Below are positions 30,332 through 39,917 of a stretch of DNA of 64,000 bases, piece by piece; the stretch's first letter is position 1; the number at the start of each line of letters is the position of its first letter. The stretch spans positions 38,881 to 102,880 of the forward strand of contig JAUVIR010000001.1 of NCBI GenBank assembly GCA_030592645.1, in the 5' to 3' direction. A program made the position numbers and the translations under genes. The stretch is from Candidatus Fermentibacterota bacterium (GTDB taxonomy: Bacteria > Fermentibacterota > Fermentibacteria > Fermentibacterales > JCC-6). Under the pieces are notes generated by a model that saw only the letters and a list, made by a program, of their open reading frames with translations, did no database searches and had not been told where the DNA came from.

Positions 30332-31863
30332 GATTCTCAAAACCCGCAATATTCATTGCAATTATCCTTTGCGCGATAGGCATTCGGATCTGGGCATTCC
30401 ATTCCATTGACAGTTTTCTGCCAGTTGAAGGACTGTATGTTGATGAGGTAACTTATTCCATGAGCCCGTTCACTACTGGTGTTAAAGGGTTTTCCAGGCC
30501 TCCGGGTATGTTCATGTTTACAATGCTCCTGCATCTGCTGGACAGCATAATCTATTCCCGCATAATAATATCACTGCTCTCACTTCTTCCAGCGCTGGCG
30601 CTCTACCTCGCTTTTGGGAAACGCGCCGGAACATGGGTATACCTGTGTATATTGGGGCTTATCATTTCTCCTTTCATGATACTGTTCGGTTTCCAGCTGC
30701 TGCCTGCGGTTCCTGCCGCGTCACTGATCGCATTCTCACTCTTAGCTCTGAAGAATGAAAAAACAGCAGCTGCCGGTTTCCTCGCGGGAATTGCTATTCT
30801 TTTCAGGGCAGAGCTTCTTCTTGTTCCCTTTATTCTCCTGGCGTTCTCGTTTCGGTATCACCTGCGTAAATGGCTTTTATTTACCAGCTTTGCAGCTATT
30901 GCTGTTCTCCCGGTCATAATCCTTAACCTCTCCGCAGGGGCTGGTCCTGTCATAGCTTCAAACGGAGGGGAAAATCTCTGGCTCGGAACAGACTGGACTC
31001 TCCTTACCACGCCGCCCGGAACTGAATTCGAGGAACTTGTCTCAACCGGCAGCAGCCGATCTGGCGGTGATACGGTATTTATGGAGAGAGCCATAACTTC
31101 TATAAGCCGTTCTCCCCTTGAATGGCTCTCAATGGGAGGGAGGAAGCTACTCGGATTCTTCACCCTTCCCGGCCCCGGCAGAAATTTCGAAACCGGATGG
31201 CTTCTTCAAAAGACGTGGCTGATCATCCTTCTTCCATTTACTCTTCTTGCAATGTCCGCCGGGATAGCAGGTGTGTTCATAAGAGATAGAAGCTTCTGGC
31301 GCTGCGTTGCTACAGCTTTTATATGCAGCGGAATGGCAACCGCATTCATCTTCTTTCCTTCGGCAAGGTTCAGATGCGTTATTCTGCCGGCATTCTGGTT
31401 CCTGAGCGCGTCAGTGATTCCGAAATGGAAAACCATGAGGAGAGCGATTATTCCTGCAGTTACAATCACTATCATCTCACTCCTTGTAACTTACCACGGT
31501 ATGGAGAGATCCGGGTTAACATCCATCCTTGCCGCGGAGTACCTGCTGGACTCGGGCAGACTTAACGAATCTGCTGACTATCTTACGGACGCTGAAGAAA
31601 GAGGGTACTCAGGCGCGGACCTTTTCAACCTGCGGGGGGCGCTTGTTTCGCTATCCGGAAATCCCGCTGAGGGACTTCTGGAGTTTGAAAAAGCACTCGG
31701 GATTGCTCCGGAATCCCCAACATTGTGGAAGAACTACTCCGTTTCCCTATGGGTCAATGCCAGATATGAGGATTCTATCGAGGCTGCCAGAAGGGCTGTA
31801 GATCTGAACCCGTTGCTTCGGGAGCAGCTGCGTCCAATACTTGAGCATGCGGTGAACCTGTGA
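30328..31863 (+). CDS. Polytopic membrane protein with a GT39/GT83 (ArnT/PMT-like) glycosyltransferase-like domain and C-terminal TPR repeats.
   Basis: About 11 predicted TM helices, followed by a soluble TPR-like C-terminus ('DLFNLRGALVSLSGNPAEGLLEFEKALGIAPESPTLWKNYSVSLWVNARYEDSIEAARRAVDLNP'). Confidence 0.45.
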   Translation: MRFSKPAIFIAIILCAIGIRIWAFHSIDSFLPVEGLYVDEVTYSMSPFTTGVKGFSRPPGMFMFTMLLHLLDSIIYSRIIISLLSLLPALALYLAFGKRAGTWVYLCILGLIISPFMILFGFQLLPAVPAASLIAFSLLALKNEKTAAAGFLAGIAILFRAELLLVPFILLAFSFRYHLRKWLLFTSFAAIAVLPVIILNLSAGAGPVIASNGGENLWLGTDWTLLTTPPGTEFEELVSTGSSRSGGDTVFMERAITSISRSPLEWLSMGGRKLLGFFTLPGPGRNFETGWLLQKTWLIILLPFTLLAMSAGIAGVFIRDRSFWRCVATAFICSGMATAFIFFPSARFRCVILPAFWFLSASVIPKWKTMRRAIIPAVTITIISLLVTYHGMERSGLTSILAAEYLLDSGRLNESADYLTDAEERGYSGADLFNLRGALVSLSGNPAEGLLEFEKALGIAPESPTLWKNYSVSLWVNARYEDSIEAARRAVDLNPLLREQLRPILEHAVNL

Positions 31864-31888
31864 AACTCAATTAAGGAACCTTGAATTT

Positions 31889-33544
31889 ATGAACCCCGAA
31901 GTACGCAGCAAAGATACTGGAAGCCTGGATGATCTTGGAACTCCCCGTCAGGAGGCGCAGAGGATAGCAAGAGCCACAGGTCTTATGGGAGGCATTACCC
32001 TGACAAGCAGGATTCTCGGTCTCTTTCGGGATATAGCCCAGGCTGCCATACTTGGAACCGGTGTTGCAGCAGACGCTTTTACACTTGGATTCATTATTCC
32101 CAATACTCTCAGAAGACTCTTCGGTGAATCAACAACCAGCGCTGCCTTTGTTCCAACTTATGTTGAAACACTCGGGAAGGAGAGCCGCAGGAACGCTTTC
32201 CAGCTCGGAAACAGAATATTGACCCTTGTTGGAGCTGTTCTCCTTTTAGTTGTTATTATCGGAATGCTCACTGCTCCTCTTCTTATCAAGGCATTTGCCC
32301 CGGGATTTTCCGATATACCCGGCAAAACTGAGCTTGCTACAGGTCTTCTCAGGCTTCTGTTCCCTTACATCCTGCTTGTTGGATGCGCGGCAGTGATGGG
32401 TGGAATACTGCATGCGCACAGGCATTTCCTTGCCCCGGCAAGTGCGCCTATACTCTTCAATCTGTCAGCACTCGCGGGTATACTTCTTCTCTCCCGCTGG
32501 GTATTTCCAGGGCAGCCGGTATGGGGCTATTCGATAGGGGTTCTTTTCGGAGGATTACTGCAGCTTCTCATACAGATCCCGGCTTTAAGGAAGAAAGGCT
32601 TCACCTTCAGGCTGGATTTCAACTGGAAGAGCCCTGAGGTAAGAAGAATTGGAAAACTGGCTTTTCCCGCTCTTGTCGGACTGCTTGCAGCGGAGGTCAA
32701 CATAATCGTGGATAAGATGATAGCCTCACTTCTGGAACCCGGCAGCGTAGCTGCCCTTGCGTATGGAAACAGGATAATGCAGTTTCCGCAGGGCGTTTTT
32801 GCCATATCCCTTGCCACCGCGCTGCTGCCTACACTCAGCAGACAGACCGCAATGGGTAAACTTGCGGATGCCGGAAAAACCCTTGGCAGGGCAACACTTG
32901 CCCTTGCAGCGCTGATGATACCTGCTACGCTCTGCATGATCTTCCTTGCAAGGCCTGTAGTTCAGGTTCTGCTCGCGAGGGGGGCATTCACAGCCGAGTC
33001 CACATTGCTGACAAGCTCCGCACTTATCTACTACTCCGCCGGTCTGCTGTTCTATGGTGCTGTAAAGATCACAGTCCCGGTCTTCTATGCCATGAAGGAC
33101 ACAAAAACCCCTGTGAAGATTGCGATCAGCTGCATGGGTCTTAACATCGTACTCAATTTCGTCTTTACAATACTGTTCATAAGAACTGGATTTGCGCAGC
33201 CGCTTGCGGGCCTTGCACTTGCAACCAGTGTTTCCGCACTCGTTAATTTCTTTCTCCTGAGGATAGCACTCAGAAGGAAAATAGGAGCAGTTGTACAATC
33301 CTCCACTGCTGCATGGCTATCCATGATCCCTGCAGCTATTGTTTCATTTCTGTTTCTACTTGCGCTTTCGCCCTGGGCGGCACAAACCGCTTCGACTTCT
33401 ACTTTCCGCGGTGTGATCGCGATACTGGGAGTCTCAATAGGAGCGATAGCAATATTCCTGGCCGTTTTCGCACTTGCAGGAGGGAAGGGCGCCAGATCAG
33501 TATTCTCGCTGGCATTCAGACGTGGCAGTATCAGGAAGTCTTAA
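31889..33544 (+). CDS. murJ: Lipid II flippase MurJ (MviN).
   Basis: 'GGITLTSRILGLFRDIAQAAILGTGVAADAFTLGFIIPNTLRRLFGE' is a classic MurJ N-terminus. The protein is 551 aa with about 14 TM segments. Confidence 0.9.
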   Translation: MNPEVRSKDTGSLDDLGTPRQEAQRIARATGLMGGITLTSRILGLFRDIAQAAILGTGVAADAFTLGFIIPNTLRRLFGESTTSAAFVPTYVETLGKESRRNAFQLGNRILTLVGAVLLLVVIIGMLTAPLLIKAFAPGFSDIPGKTELATGLLRLLFPYILLVGCAAVMGGILHAHRHFLAPASAPILFNLSALAGILLLSRWVFPGQPVWGYSIGVLFGGLLQLLIQIPALRKKGFTFRLDFNWKSPEVRRIGKLAFPALVGLLAAEVNIIVDKMIASLLEPGSVAALAYGNRIMQFPQGVFAISLATALLPTLSRQTAMGKLADAGKTLGRATLALAALMIPATLCMIFLARPVVQVLLARGAFTAESTLLTSSALIYYSAGLLFYGAVKITVPVFYAMKDTKTPVKIAISCMGLNIVLNFVFTILFIRTGFAQPLAGLALATSVSALVNFFLLRIALRRKIGAVVQSSTAAWLSMIPAAIVSFLFLLALSPWAAQTASTSTFRGVIAILGVSIGAIAIFLAVFALAGGKGARSVFSLAFRRGSIRKS

Positions 33545-35339
33545 GGAATCCATAGCCCGGGCACCATCCCTTCCAGGTGTATACAGCTTTATCAACAAAG
33601 ACGGCACCGTCCTGTATATAGGTAAAGCGAAAAATCTGATAAACAGGCTCAGAGGTCATCTTTCAAACACCGGAGATGCAAGGCATGAACTTCTTCTAGA
33701 TAAATCTGTTTCTGTTGAATGGACTATTACCAGAACTGAAGTCGAAGCACTTGTTCTGGAAGCTGAACTTATAAGAATCAGGAAACCTCCTCTTAATGTC
33801 CGCCTGAGGACTTCAGGAAGATACCCTTACCTCGAAATAACTCTTGATGAAACATACCCCAGGCTTCAGATAACAAGGGAACGCAGCAACCCGAAGGAAC
33901 GCCCGAGATTCGGTCCATATCCCGATTCAAGGAATCTCAAAAAACTCGTTGAATTTCTCCTTGATACTTCTCCATTGAGAAGGTGCAGCGGAACGGAGCC
34001 GCAATCAAAATCAAGATCATGCCTTATGGGACAGATAGGACGCTGCCCGGCTCCATGTACAGGAGGTATCAGCTCTGATGAATACGGGGCGAATGTGCAG
34101 AAAATATTGAGAATCCTGAGGGGGGATTGGGAATGGGCAAGAAAACGTCTCGAGCAGATGATGCGGAAAGCTTCAAAGAGGACAGATTATGAGGAAGCCG
34201 GAAGGCTTCGAGATCTCCTCTCTCGCCTCGGTAGTTTCGGTTGGCCGGCCCCTGCCGGTATAAAAGACAGGATCAACAGAGATATCGCCGCAGTTAAAGA
34301 GAACTGGGGGATAATTATGAGGGTCAGGGGCGGAAGGTTCACGTGTATTGTGAGAATGCCTTTCGATGGCAGATGGAAACTTGCCCCATTGTCCGAGCGG
34401 CTCTCAGTTCTTCTTAAATCCTACTACTCGCAGACCGATGATATACCCAGGGAAATCATTGTTCACGAAAAGCCCGAGGATTACTCATCCCTTGTAGAAT
34501 GGCTATCATCCAAACGTATCGGTCCTGTGCGAATTACCGTACCCAAAAGGGGGGGGAACCGTGAGCTGCTGGAACTGGCTCAGAAAAATCTCGATCAATT
34601 CCTTTTCAGATTGAGCTGGAAGTACCCTTCAGCCGGAAAGGAGAAAGTGGAGGCAACCCTTGAGGGCCTCGCGGATATATTCAACCTTGAAGGACCACCC
34701 GGATGGATAGTATGTATTGATGCCTCTACAATACAGGGATCATGGCCTGTAGCGGCAATTGTAAGCTTCAAGGACGGGTATCCGGACAAGTCAGGCTACA
34801 GAAGATTCTCAATGCCTGAGGAAATCAGCAGAAACGACCCCGCGATGATAGCATCAGCGGTTAAGCGGTACCTCCTGGCACTTGAAGATGAGTATCCTGA
34901 TATCTTTCTGATAGATGGGGGTATTACTCAGCTCAGGGCGGCTGTTGCTGCAGCCGGTATTCTATGGGCGGAACGCATATGCTTCGTATCAATCGCAAAA
35001 AAAGAGGAACTGCTTCTTTGCGGAATATCCGAAAGAGAAATAAGGCTCCCGATGGATTCAACTCCGTTGACGTTTCTTAGAAGCGTCAGGGATGAGGCTC
35101 ACAGATTCGTTCTTCACTACCATCAGCAGAAAAGGTCAAAGGGAAGTCTGAGATCCGTGCTGGACGATATTCCCGGAATAGGTTCCGCAACAAGGATCAG
35201 GCTCCTGACACACTTCGGCAGCGCGGAGAGGATAGCGGTTGCAACCGTTGAGGAGATAATGGAAATCCCGGGCATAGGAAGAAGCAGAGCTATTCAGATA
35301 AACGATTATTTCCAGAGGGAAAAGGAATCCAGCTTATAG
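33474..35339 (+). CDS. uvrC: Excinuclease ABC subunit C. The true start is probably the GTG near 33521.
   Basis: The GIY-YIG motif 'PGVYSFINKDGTVLYIGKAKNLINRL', a UvrBC-interaction region, the RNase H-like endonuclease domain and a C-terminal (HhH)2 'IPGIGSATRIRLLTHFGS'. Confidence 0.92.
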   Translation: MQEGRAPDQYSRWHSDVAVSGSLKESIARAPSLPGVYSFINKDGTVLYIGKAKNLINRLRGHLSNTGDARHELLLDKSVSVEWTITRTEVEALVLEAELIRIRKPPLNVRLRTSGRYPYLEITLDETYPRLQITRERSNPKERPRFGPYPDSRNLKKLVEFLLDTSPLRRCSGTEPQSKSRSCLMGQIGRCPAPCTGGISSDEYGANVQKILRILRGDWEWARKRLEQMMRKASKRTDYEEAGRLRDLLSRLGSFGWPAPAGIKDRINRDIAAVKENWGIIMRVRGGRFTCIVRMPFDGRWKLAPLSERLSVLLKSYYSQTDDIPREIIVHEKPEDYSSLVEWLSSKRIGPVRITVPKRGGNRELLELAQKNLDQFLFRLSWKYPSAGKEKVEATLEGLADIFNLEGPPGWIVCIDASTIQGSWPVAAIVSFKDGYPDKSGYRRFSMPEEISRNDPAMIASAVKRYLLALEDEYPDIFLIDGGITQLRAAVAAAGILWAERICFVSIAKKEELLLCGISEREIRLPMDSTPLTFLRSVRDEAHRFVLHYHQQKRSKGSLRSVLDDIPGIGSATRIRLLTHFGSAERIAVATVEEIMEIPGIGRSRAIQINDYFQREKESSL

Positions 35340-35341
35340 GA

Positions 35342-36001
35342 TCACGGGATCGGTCTCCAGAGATCGTTCATGCTGGCAAATCTAATAAATTCGCATCTTT
35401 CTGCGTATCTCTCTGATATCTCCATATGATTGAACCTGAGACTGTCCTCCTCAAAAGAGAATTCCAGTATCATTGAAGCATTCGCTTCGTTCCAGGGATC
35501 AACTATCAGACCCTGTTTCTCTTTAACGAGAGTCATATAATCCCAGACAGCTTCCTGGATTGCCCTGGAGCCGTAATAATCGGTTCGCCACAGGACCAGG
35601 AGTCTTTCCCAGCGCATTTTCTCGCTATCGGGACACTGTCTAATACCTTCTGCAAGCAGCCCCAGACCCTCTTCAGGATGCCCCAGATTAATGGAGAGAT
35701 GATAACCTCCACTTATGTAGGCTTCTGCAAAGGTCGGATCCAGCTTTATTATGAGCCAGAGCTGAGGAAGATAATCCGTAGCGGTCATCCACTCGTTTCC
35801 CTGGTACATCCAGATATGATGGTATCGATCGAGCTGGAGCCAGAGAAGATCGGCTAGAATTCCCCCTATTTCACCTGCGCCGCTTGAAACCGCTTTCGAT
35901 GCAGTTTCGTTCTCCCATGCGGTTTCACCTGCGAATCTGCCGGAAATAACTGCTATGGAGAGAAAGATTACAGCAAGCAGATACAGATGATATCTTTTCA
36001 T
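35342..36001 (-). CDS. Hypothetical secreted protein, last gene of the ABC-2 operon.
   Basis: A signal peptide 'MKRYHLYLLAVIFLSIAV'. A 4-nt overlap with the upstream gene. No family recognised. Confidence 0.45.
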   Translation of the reverse strand: MKRYHLYLLAVIFLSIAVISGRFAGETAWENETASKAVSSGAGEIGGILADLLWLQLDRYHHIWMYQGNEWMTATDYLPQLWLIIKLDPTFAEAYISGGYHLSINLGHPEEGLGLLAEGIRQCPDSEKMRWERLLVLWRTDYYGSRAIQEAVWDYMTLVKEKQGLIVDPWNEANASMILEFSFEEDSLRFNHMEISERYAERCEFIRFASMNDLWRPIP

Positions 36002-36420
36002 CGCCGGCGCTTTCTGAGGTATCCCGGTACGAAAAGCATCACTGCTGACAGAATAAGGAGTATCACGCTGTCTCTAACCATCTTACCCCAGATGAAGCTG
36101 GCTGCCCATGGCTGGTTGAAGAACCAGCCCGTACCATGATTTCTCTGACCTGCATCATGAACATGCCTGTCACTTCCGGATATCACTGAAGCATTATTCT
36201 CATCTGATTCATCCCGCAGTAAATCCGGTTCAGAAGTATCCGCATCATGCTCATGATCTGTGTGAACATGTTCCGCATCTTCATCCTCACACTCAACACA
36301 GTCATCGTTGTGATCGGTTCCAAGGTGCTGGGGAGTTGCAACTTCCTCTATGTCATAGTCTGTTCTGCATGCCGATAACAGCAGCAGAGCTGAAGTCAGG
36401 AATGCAAAGGTCAATTTCAT
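35998..36420 (-). CDS. Small His/Asp/Glu-rich lipoprotein with a C-terminal TM anchor, a putative metal-binding accessory protein.
   Basis: Lipobox 'LLSAC'. The segments 'HNDDCVECEDEDAEHVHTDHEHDADTSE' and 'DRHVHDAGQRNH'. A C-terminal hydrophobic helix plus 'RKRRR'. Confidence 0.5.
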   Translation of the reverse strand: MKLTFAFLTSALLLLSACRTDYDIEEVATPQHLGTDHNDDCVECEDEDAEHVHTDHEHDADTSEPDLLRDESDENNASVISGSDRHVHDAGQRNHGTGWFFNQPWAASFIWGKMVRDSVILLILSAVMLFVPGYLRKRRR

Positions 36421-37172
36421 TTAAGATCCCTGTTTCTGAAGACCACAAGGGCCAGAGAAAGCATGAAAGCCATGTAAGCCAGTCCATAAAGCATTGCCAG
36501 GAAGAAATACATACCGGGGATATCTATTCCATGGGCGATCGGATCCTTTATGTGAAATACATCCATATGGGGGAGAATAAGCCTCAGTGTCCGCATGAGG
36601 CCGGGAGCCTGCGGAAACAGCTTGATGAACCCTGCAACAGACATCTGAGATACTATGAACAGGAGAACGGTAAGGGGCGCATTAAGGGGGGGGGAGGTCC
36701 AGAAACTGAAAAAGAAGACAACTGCAAGAAGGAACCATCCTTCAACCAGCAGAAGGCCTGTGGCGGGCAGCATGTCAACCGGGACATTATGCCCGTTCAT
36801 TACAAGGATTATCATGAGACCAACGCAGCCAACCAGCATTGCGGCGGCTTCTACGATGGCAGCCCCAAGAAATCTTCCCATGAGGTACTGTCCGCGGGAG
36901 AGGGGAACAGCAATGACAGGCATAAGTGTTTTCTTTTCCCTGTCTCTCGGGTAGATGTTGGAAGCGAGTCCAATAGCCAGGAGAAGGGCACCGATCTCAA
37001 GTCCGAATAAACCGAAATCAAGTATGAATCTGCCCTCGTTGGAAATCCCGTATGAAGGTATCTGGCCAATACCGAAAAGGGCGATGAGAATGACGATGCT
37101 TATTCCCCAGATAGTCCTTCTTCTCAGAAGGTTTCTCAGTGTCATCAGAGCAAAAGTAATAACAGGTTTCAT
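36417..37172 (-). CDS. ABC-2-type transporter permease.
   Basis: Six predicted TM helices. It is translationally coupled to the ATPase gene by a 4-nt overlap. Confidence 0.7.
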   Translation of the reverse strand: MKPVITFALMTLRNLLRRRTIWGISIVILIALFGIGQIPSYGISNEGRFILDFGLFGLEIGALLLAIGLASNIYPRDREKKTLMPVIAVPLSRGQYLMGRFLGAAIVEAAAMLVGCVGLMIILVMNGHNVPVDMLPATGLLLVEGWFLLAVVFFFSFWTSPPLNAPLTVLLFIVSQMSVAGFIKLFPQAPGLMRTLRLILPHMDVFHIKDPIAHGIDIPGMYFFLAMLYGLAYMAFMLSLALVVFRNRDLK

Positions 37173-38038
37173 CGGCCAACTCCTGTTGTGGCAGAAAGAA
37201 ATACTTCCTCGAGGCTTCTGTAAAGAGGGTTAACTCTGATGATACTATATCCCCTGCCTCTAAGATCATCTATAGTGTTCTGAAGTAATGCAGCGTGAAT
37301 CTCAAGCTCCTCCTGTTCATCGGATACCATGTACTCAATTCTGTAATGATCCTCGGTACGCATCAGTTCATCAAGTTTGCCTTCGATAACTTTCTTTCCT
37401 TTTGAAAGGATGACCGCCCTGTCGCATATTGTTTCAACTTCCGAGAGCAGGTGAGATGAGAGGAAAACCGATACGCCGCGCCGGTTCTCTTCCAAGATAA
37501 TGTCACGGATTTCTTTTCTGGCGGCAGGATCCAATCCTCCGGTCGGTTCGTCCATGATCAGAAGCTCCGGTTCTGACTGAAGGGCAATGGCCAGGCTTAC
37601 ACGCTGCTTCATGCCCTTCGAAAAATTCCTTATTCTTACCTCTTCCCATTTTGAGAGGCCTACTCTATCCAGAATTGCATATATCCTGTTCCTGCTCATG
37701 TTAAGCCTGCGCATAGAGGAAAACATCATCATGAATTCAAAGGGTGTGAAGAGTTCATCGTAATCAGGATTCTCGGGGACATAACCAATCCTCCGCCGTA
37801 CCTTTGGTGCTGCAGGTTGCGATCCCCATAGAGATACTTTACCGCCCGAAGGCTTAAGAAGACCCAGCACACAATTTATAGTTGTAGTTTTCCCAGCGCC
37901 GTTAGGACCAAGAAATCCAAGTATTTCACCGGGGAACAAATGGAAACTGATTGAATCAACTGCCTTGAAGCTTGACAGCCCGAGTTTTTTCTTGAAAGAT
38001 TTCTGAAGTTCTTTTACCTGCAGTGGATAATCCTCCAT
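37169..38038 (-). CDS. ABC transporter ATP-binding protein.
   Basis: Walker A 'GPNGAGKTTTIN', the signature 'LSKGMKQRVSLA', and Walker B 'LLIMDEPTGGLD'. Confidence 0.9.
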   Translation of the reverse strand: MEDYPLQVKELQKSFKKKLGLSSFKAVDSISFHLFPGEILGFLGPNGAGKTTTINCVLGLLKPSGGKVSLWGSQPAAPKVRRRIGYVPENPDYDELFTPFEFMMMFSSMRRLNMSRNRIYAILDRVGLSKWEEVRIRNFSKGMKQRVSLAIALQSEPELLIMDEPTGGLDPAARKEIRDIILEENRRGVSVFLSSHLLSEVETICDRAVILSKGKKVIEGKLDELMRTEDHYRIEYMVSDEQEELEIHAALLQNTIDDLRGRGYSIIRVNPLYRSLEEVFLSATTGVGR

Positions 38039-38253
38039 AGAATCCGCCTTTCTTTGCTATATTAAAAATACGAAATAACTTCTTTTTTAACCAGTCCCCT
38101 TATAACTCATGAACATGTAGCATGTACATAGATAAGGAACTATATTCGAGCAAATTAGCAGCTGCTACTCAAACAAATGCATAACCCACGAATCCTGCAT
38201 TCCATCAGGCGTATACTCTTGATGAACAGGTTATTGAATGAAAGGCTGGAAAC

Positions 38254-39411
38254 ATGCTGGTACCTCCACACGGCGGAAGATTGACCGATCGACAGTGCGA
38301 AGGTCTGGAAGCCGGAAAAATCATTGATCAAGTAAAAAACGGCAAACTCCTTACCCTTAATGCACGGGAAAAGAACGACCTGGAAATGATAGGAAACGGT
38401 GCCATGAGTCCGCTTGAGGGTTTCATGACCGGATCCGATTACGACTCAGTACTGGATCTTATGCATCTTTCTACGGGGCCGCTCTGGTCACTGCCGGTTG
38501 TATTCGCCAGTAAAGAGGAAGACCCGGATGTATCCCCGGGCGACCATGTGGGACTCAAGGATATCGATGGCACTATCTGGGGAGATATGCTGGTTGAAGA
38601 TATCTTCAGAGCTGATCTCATCGCTGAGGCTGAAAAATCACTTGGTACAAATGATGATTCACATCCGGGAGTTATGTATCTGAAATCATTAAGCGGCGAA
38701 TACATAGGAGGCAAGATACGTTCAATCAGGCGAAGAGAGACAGAGAGCTTTGGAAATTACCGTCTTGACCCCAAGGAAACCAGGGTTCTTTTCAGAGCAA
38801 GAGGATGGAAAACAGCAGTCGCATTTCAGACAAGAAACCCGATACACCGCGCCCACGAGTACATTCAGAAGTGCGCCATGGAAATTGTAGATGGTCTTCT
38901 TCTCCATCCTCTGGTAGGTGAAACCCAGGAGGGAGATATCCCGGCCGATGTCCGAATGCGATGCTACGAAGAAATACTGAAGGATTACTATCCTCGTACC
39001 CGGGTCGCAATGAGTGTATTCCCGGCTGCCATGAGATATGCAGGTCCGAAGGAAGCTGTCTTCCATGCAATACTCAGGAAGAACTACGGATGCAGTCATT
39101 TTATCGTAGGAAGAGATCATGCCGGTGTCGGAAATTTCTACGGTACATACGATGCCCAGATGATCTTCGACCAGTTTGATCCTGATGAGCTGGGAATTGT
39201 ACCTTTGAAGTTCGAACACGCTTTCTTCTGCAGCAAATGCGGAGGTATGGCTACTCCGAAGACCTGCGCTCATGACAATGAATATCACGTATTCCTCTCA
39301 GGGAAAAAAGTAAGGGCAATGCTTGCCGAAGGAATACTGCCGCCTCCGGAATTCACGCGTCCCGAGATTGCTTCCATCCTCATGGAAGCTGCAAGAAAGG
39401 GAGATAACTGA
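38254..39411 (+). CDS. sat: Sulfate adenylyltransferase (ATP sulfurylase).
   Basis: 'QTRNPIHRAHEY' and 'GRDHAGVG' are canonical ATP-sulfurylase motifs. The protein is 385 aa. Confidence 0.9.
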   Translation: MLVPPHGGRLTDRQCEGLEAGKIIDQVKNGKLLTLNAREKNDLEMIGNGAMSPLEGFMTGSDYDSVLDLMHLSTGPLWSLPVVFASKEEDPDVSPGDHVGLKDIDGTIWGDMLVEDIFRADLIAEAEKSLGTNDDSHPGVMYLKSLSGEYIGGKIRSIRRRETESFGNYRLDPKETRVLFRARGWKTAVAFQTRNPIHRAHEYIQKCAMEIVDGLLLHPLVGETQEGDIPADVRMRCYEEILKDYYPRTRVAMSVFPAAMRYAGPKEAVFHAILRKNYGCSHFIVGRDHAGVGNFYGTYDAQMIFDQFDPDELGIVPLKFEHAFFCSKCGGMATPKTCAHDNEYHVFLSGKKVRAMLAEGILPPPEFTRPEIASILMEAARKGDN

Positions 39412-39830
39412 TGAAGGGCCTTGTAATCTGGATCAGAACAGAAGAGGGATCAGATGAAATAATCCTCGATAGACTCGGCACTGAAATAGAAGAGCGCGGA
39501 GGCAGGGTGGAGGTTTTTCACAGCAAAGCAGTTGAGAACCTGGGAATGGAAAAGAATGATAAGGCAAAGGCAATTGCATGCGCCATGCTTGCAAGCCACG
39601 GAGTTGTAGTTATCACATCAGGCGCGGATAGCCCTGCAATAGAACCAGGTGAGAAACTGGAAGTCAGAATAATAGAGGAATCTGATCTAAGCCGTACTGA
39701 TGTCCATGATAGCTTCATGAGGGATCTGGAACTTGCGGGACTGGTTCCAGCACCCAGGTACGATGTCCATCCTGACGAAGAGAAAGAAATCCTCAAGAAG
39801 CTGCAGAATCTGGGCTACCTGGACGACTAG
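39411..39830 (+). CDS. APS-kinase-fold protein with a degenerate P-loop, a putative non-catalytic regulatory partner of Sat.
   Basis: Collinear with CysC: 'GLVIWI' aligns with 'GVVLWF', 'RGGRVEVF' with 'LGVSTYLL', and 'KNDKAKAIACAMLASHGVVVITSGADSP' with '[33 protein letters not shown]'. The Walker A 'GLSGSGKST' is replaced by 'RTEEGSDEI', and 'DGDN' is replaced by 'HSKA'. The start overlaps the sat stop (TGATG). Confidence 0.45.
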   Translation: MKGLVIWIRTEEGSDEIILDRLGTEIEERGGRVEVFHSKAVENLGMEKNDKAKAIACAMLASHGVVVITSGADSPAIEPGEKLEVRIIEESDLSRTDVHDSFMRDLELAGLVPAPRYDVHPDEEKEILKKLQNLGYLDD

Positions 39831-39917
39831 CATAGTATAAAACAGCGAATGTTCGCTCATGTTTGGAAATGGGCAGGACGCCTGTCGGCATGCAAACTGC
39901 ATAATGGAGGAATTCCT

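Noticed and set aside
38039-38253. The 8-bp palindrome ATGTACAT in the sat / ABC divergent promoter region, as a possible operator.
   Set aside because: It is too short to distinguish from chance, and no second half-site or repeat supports it.
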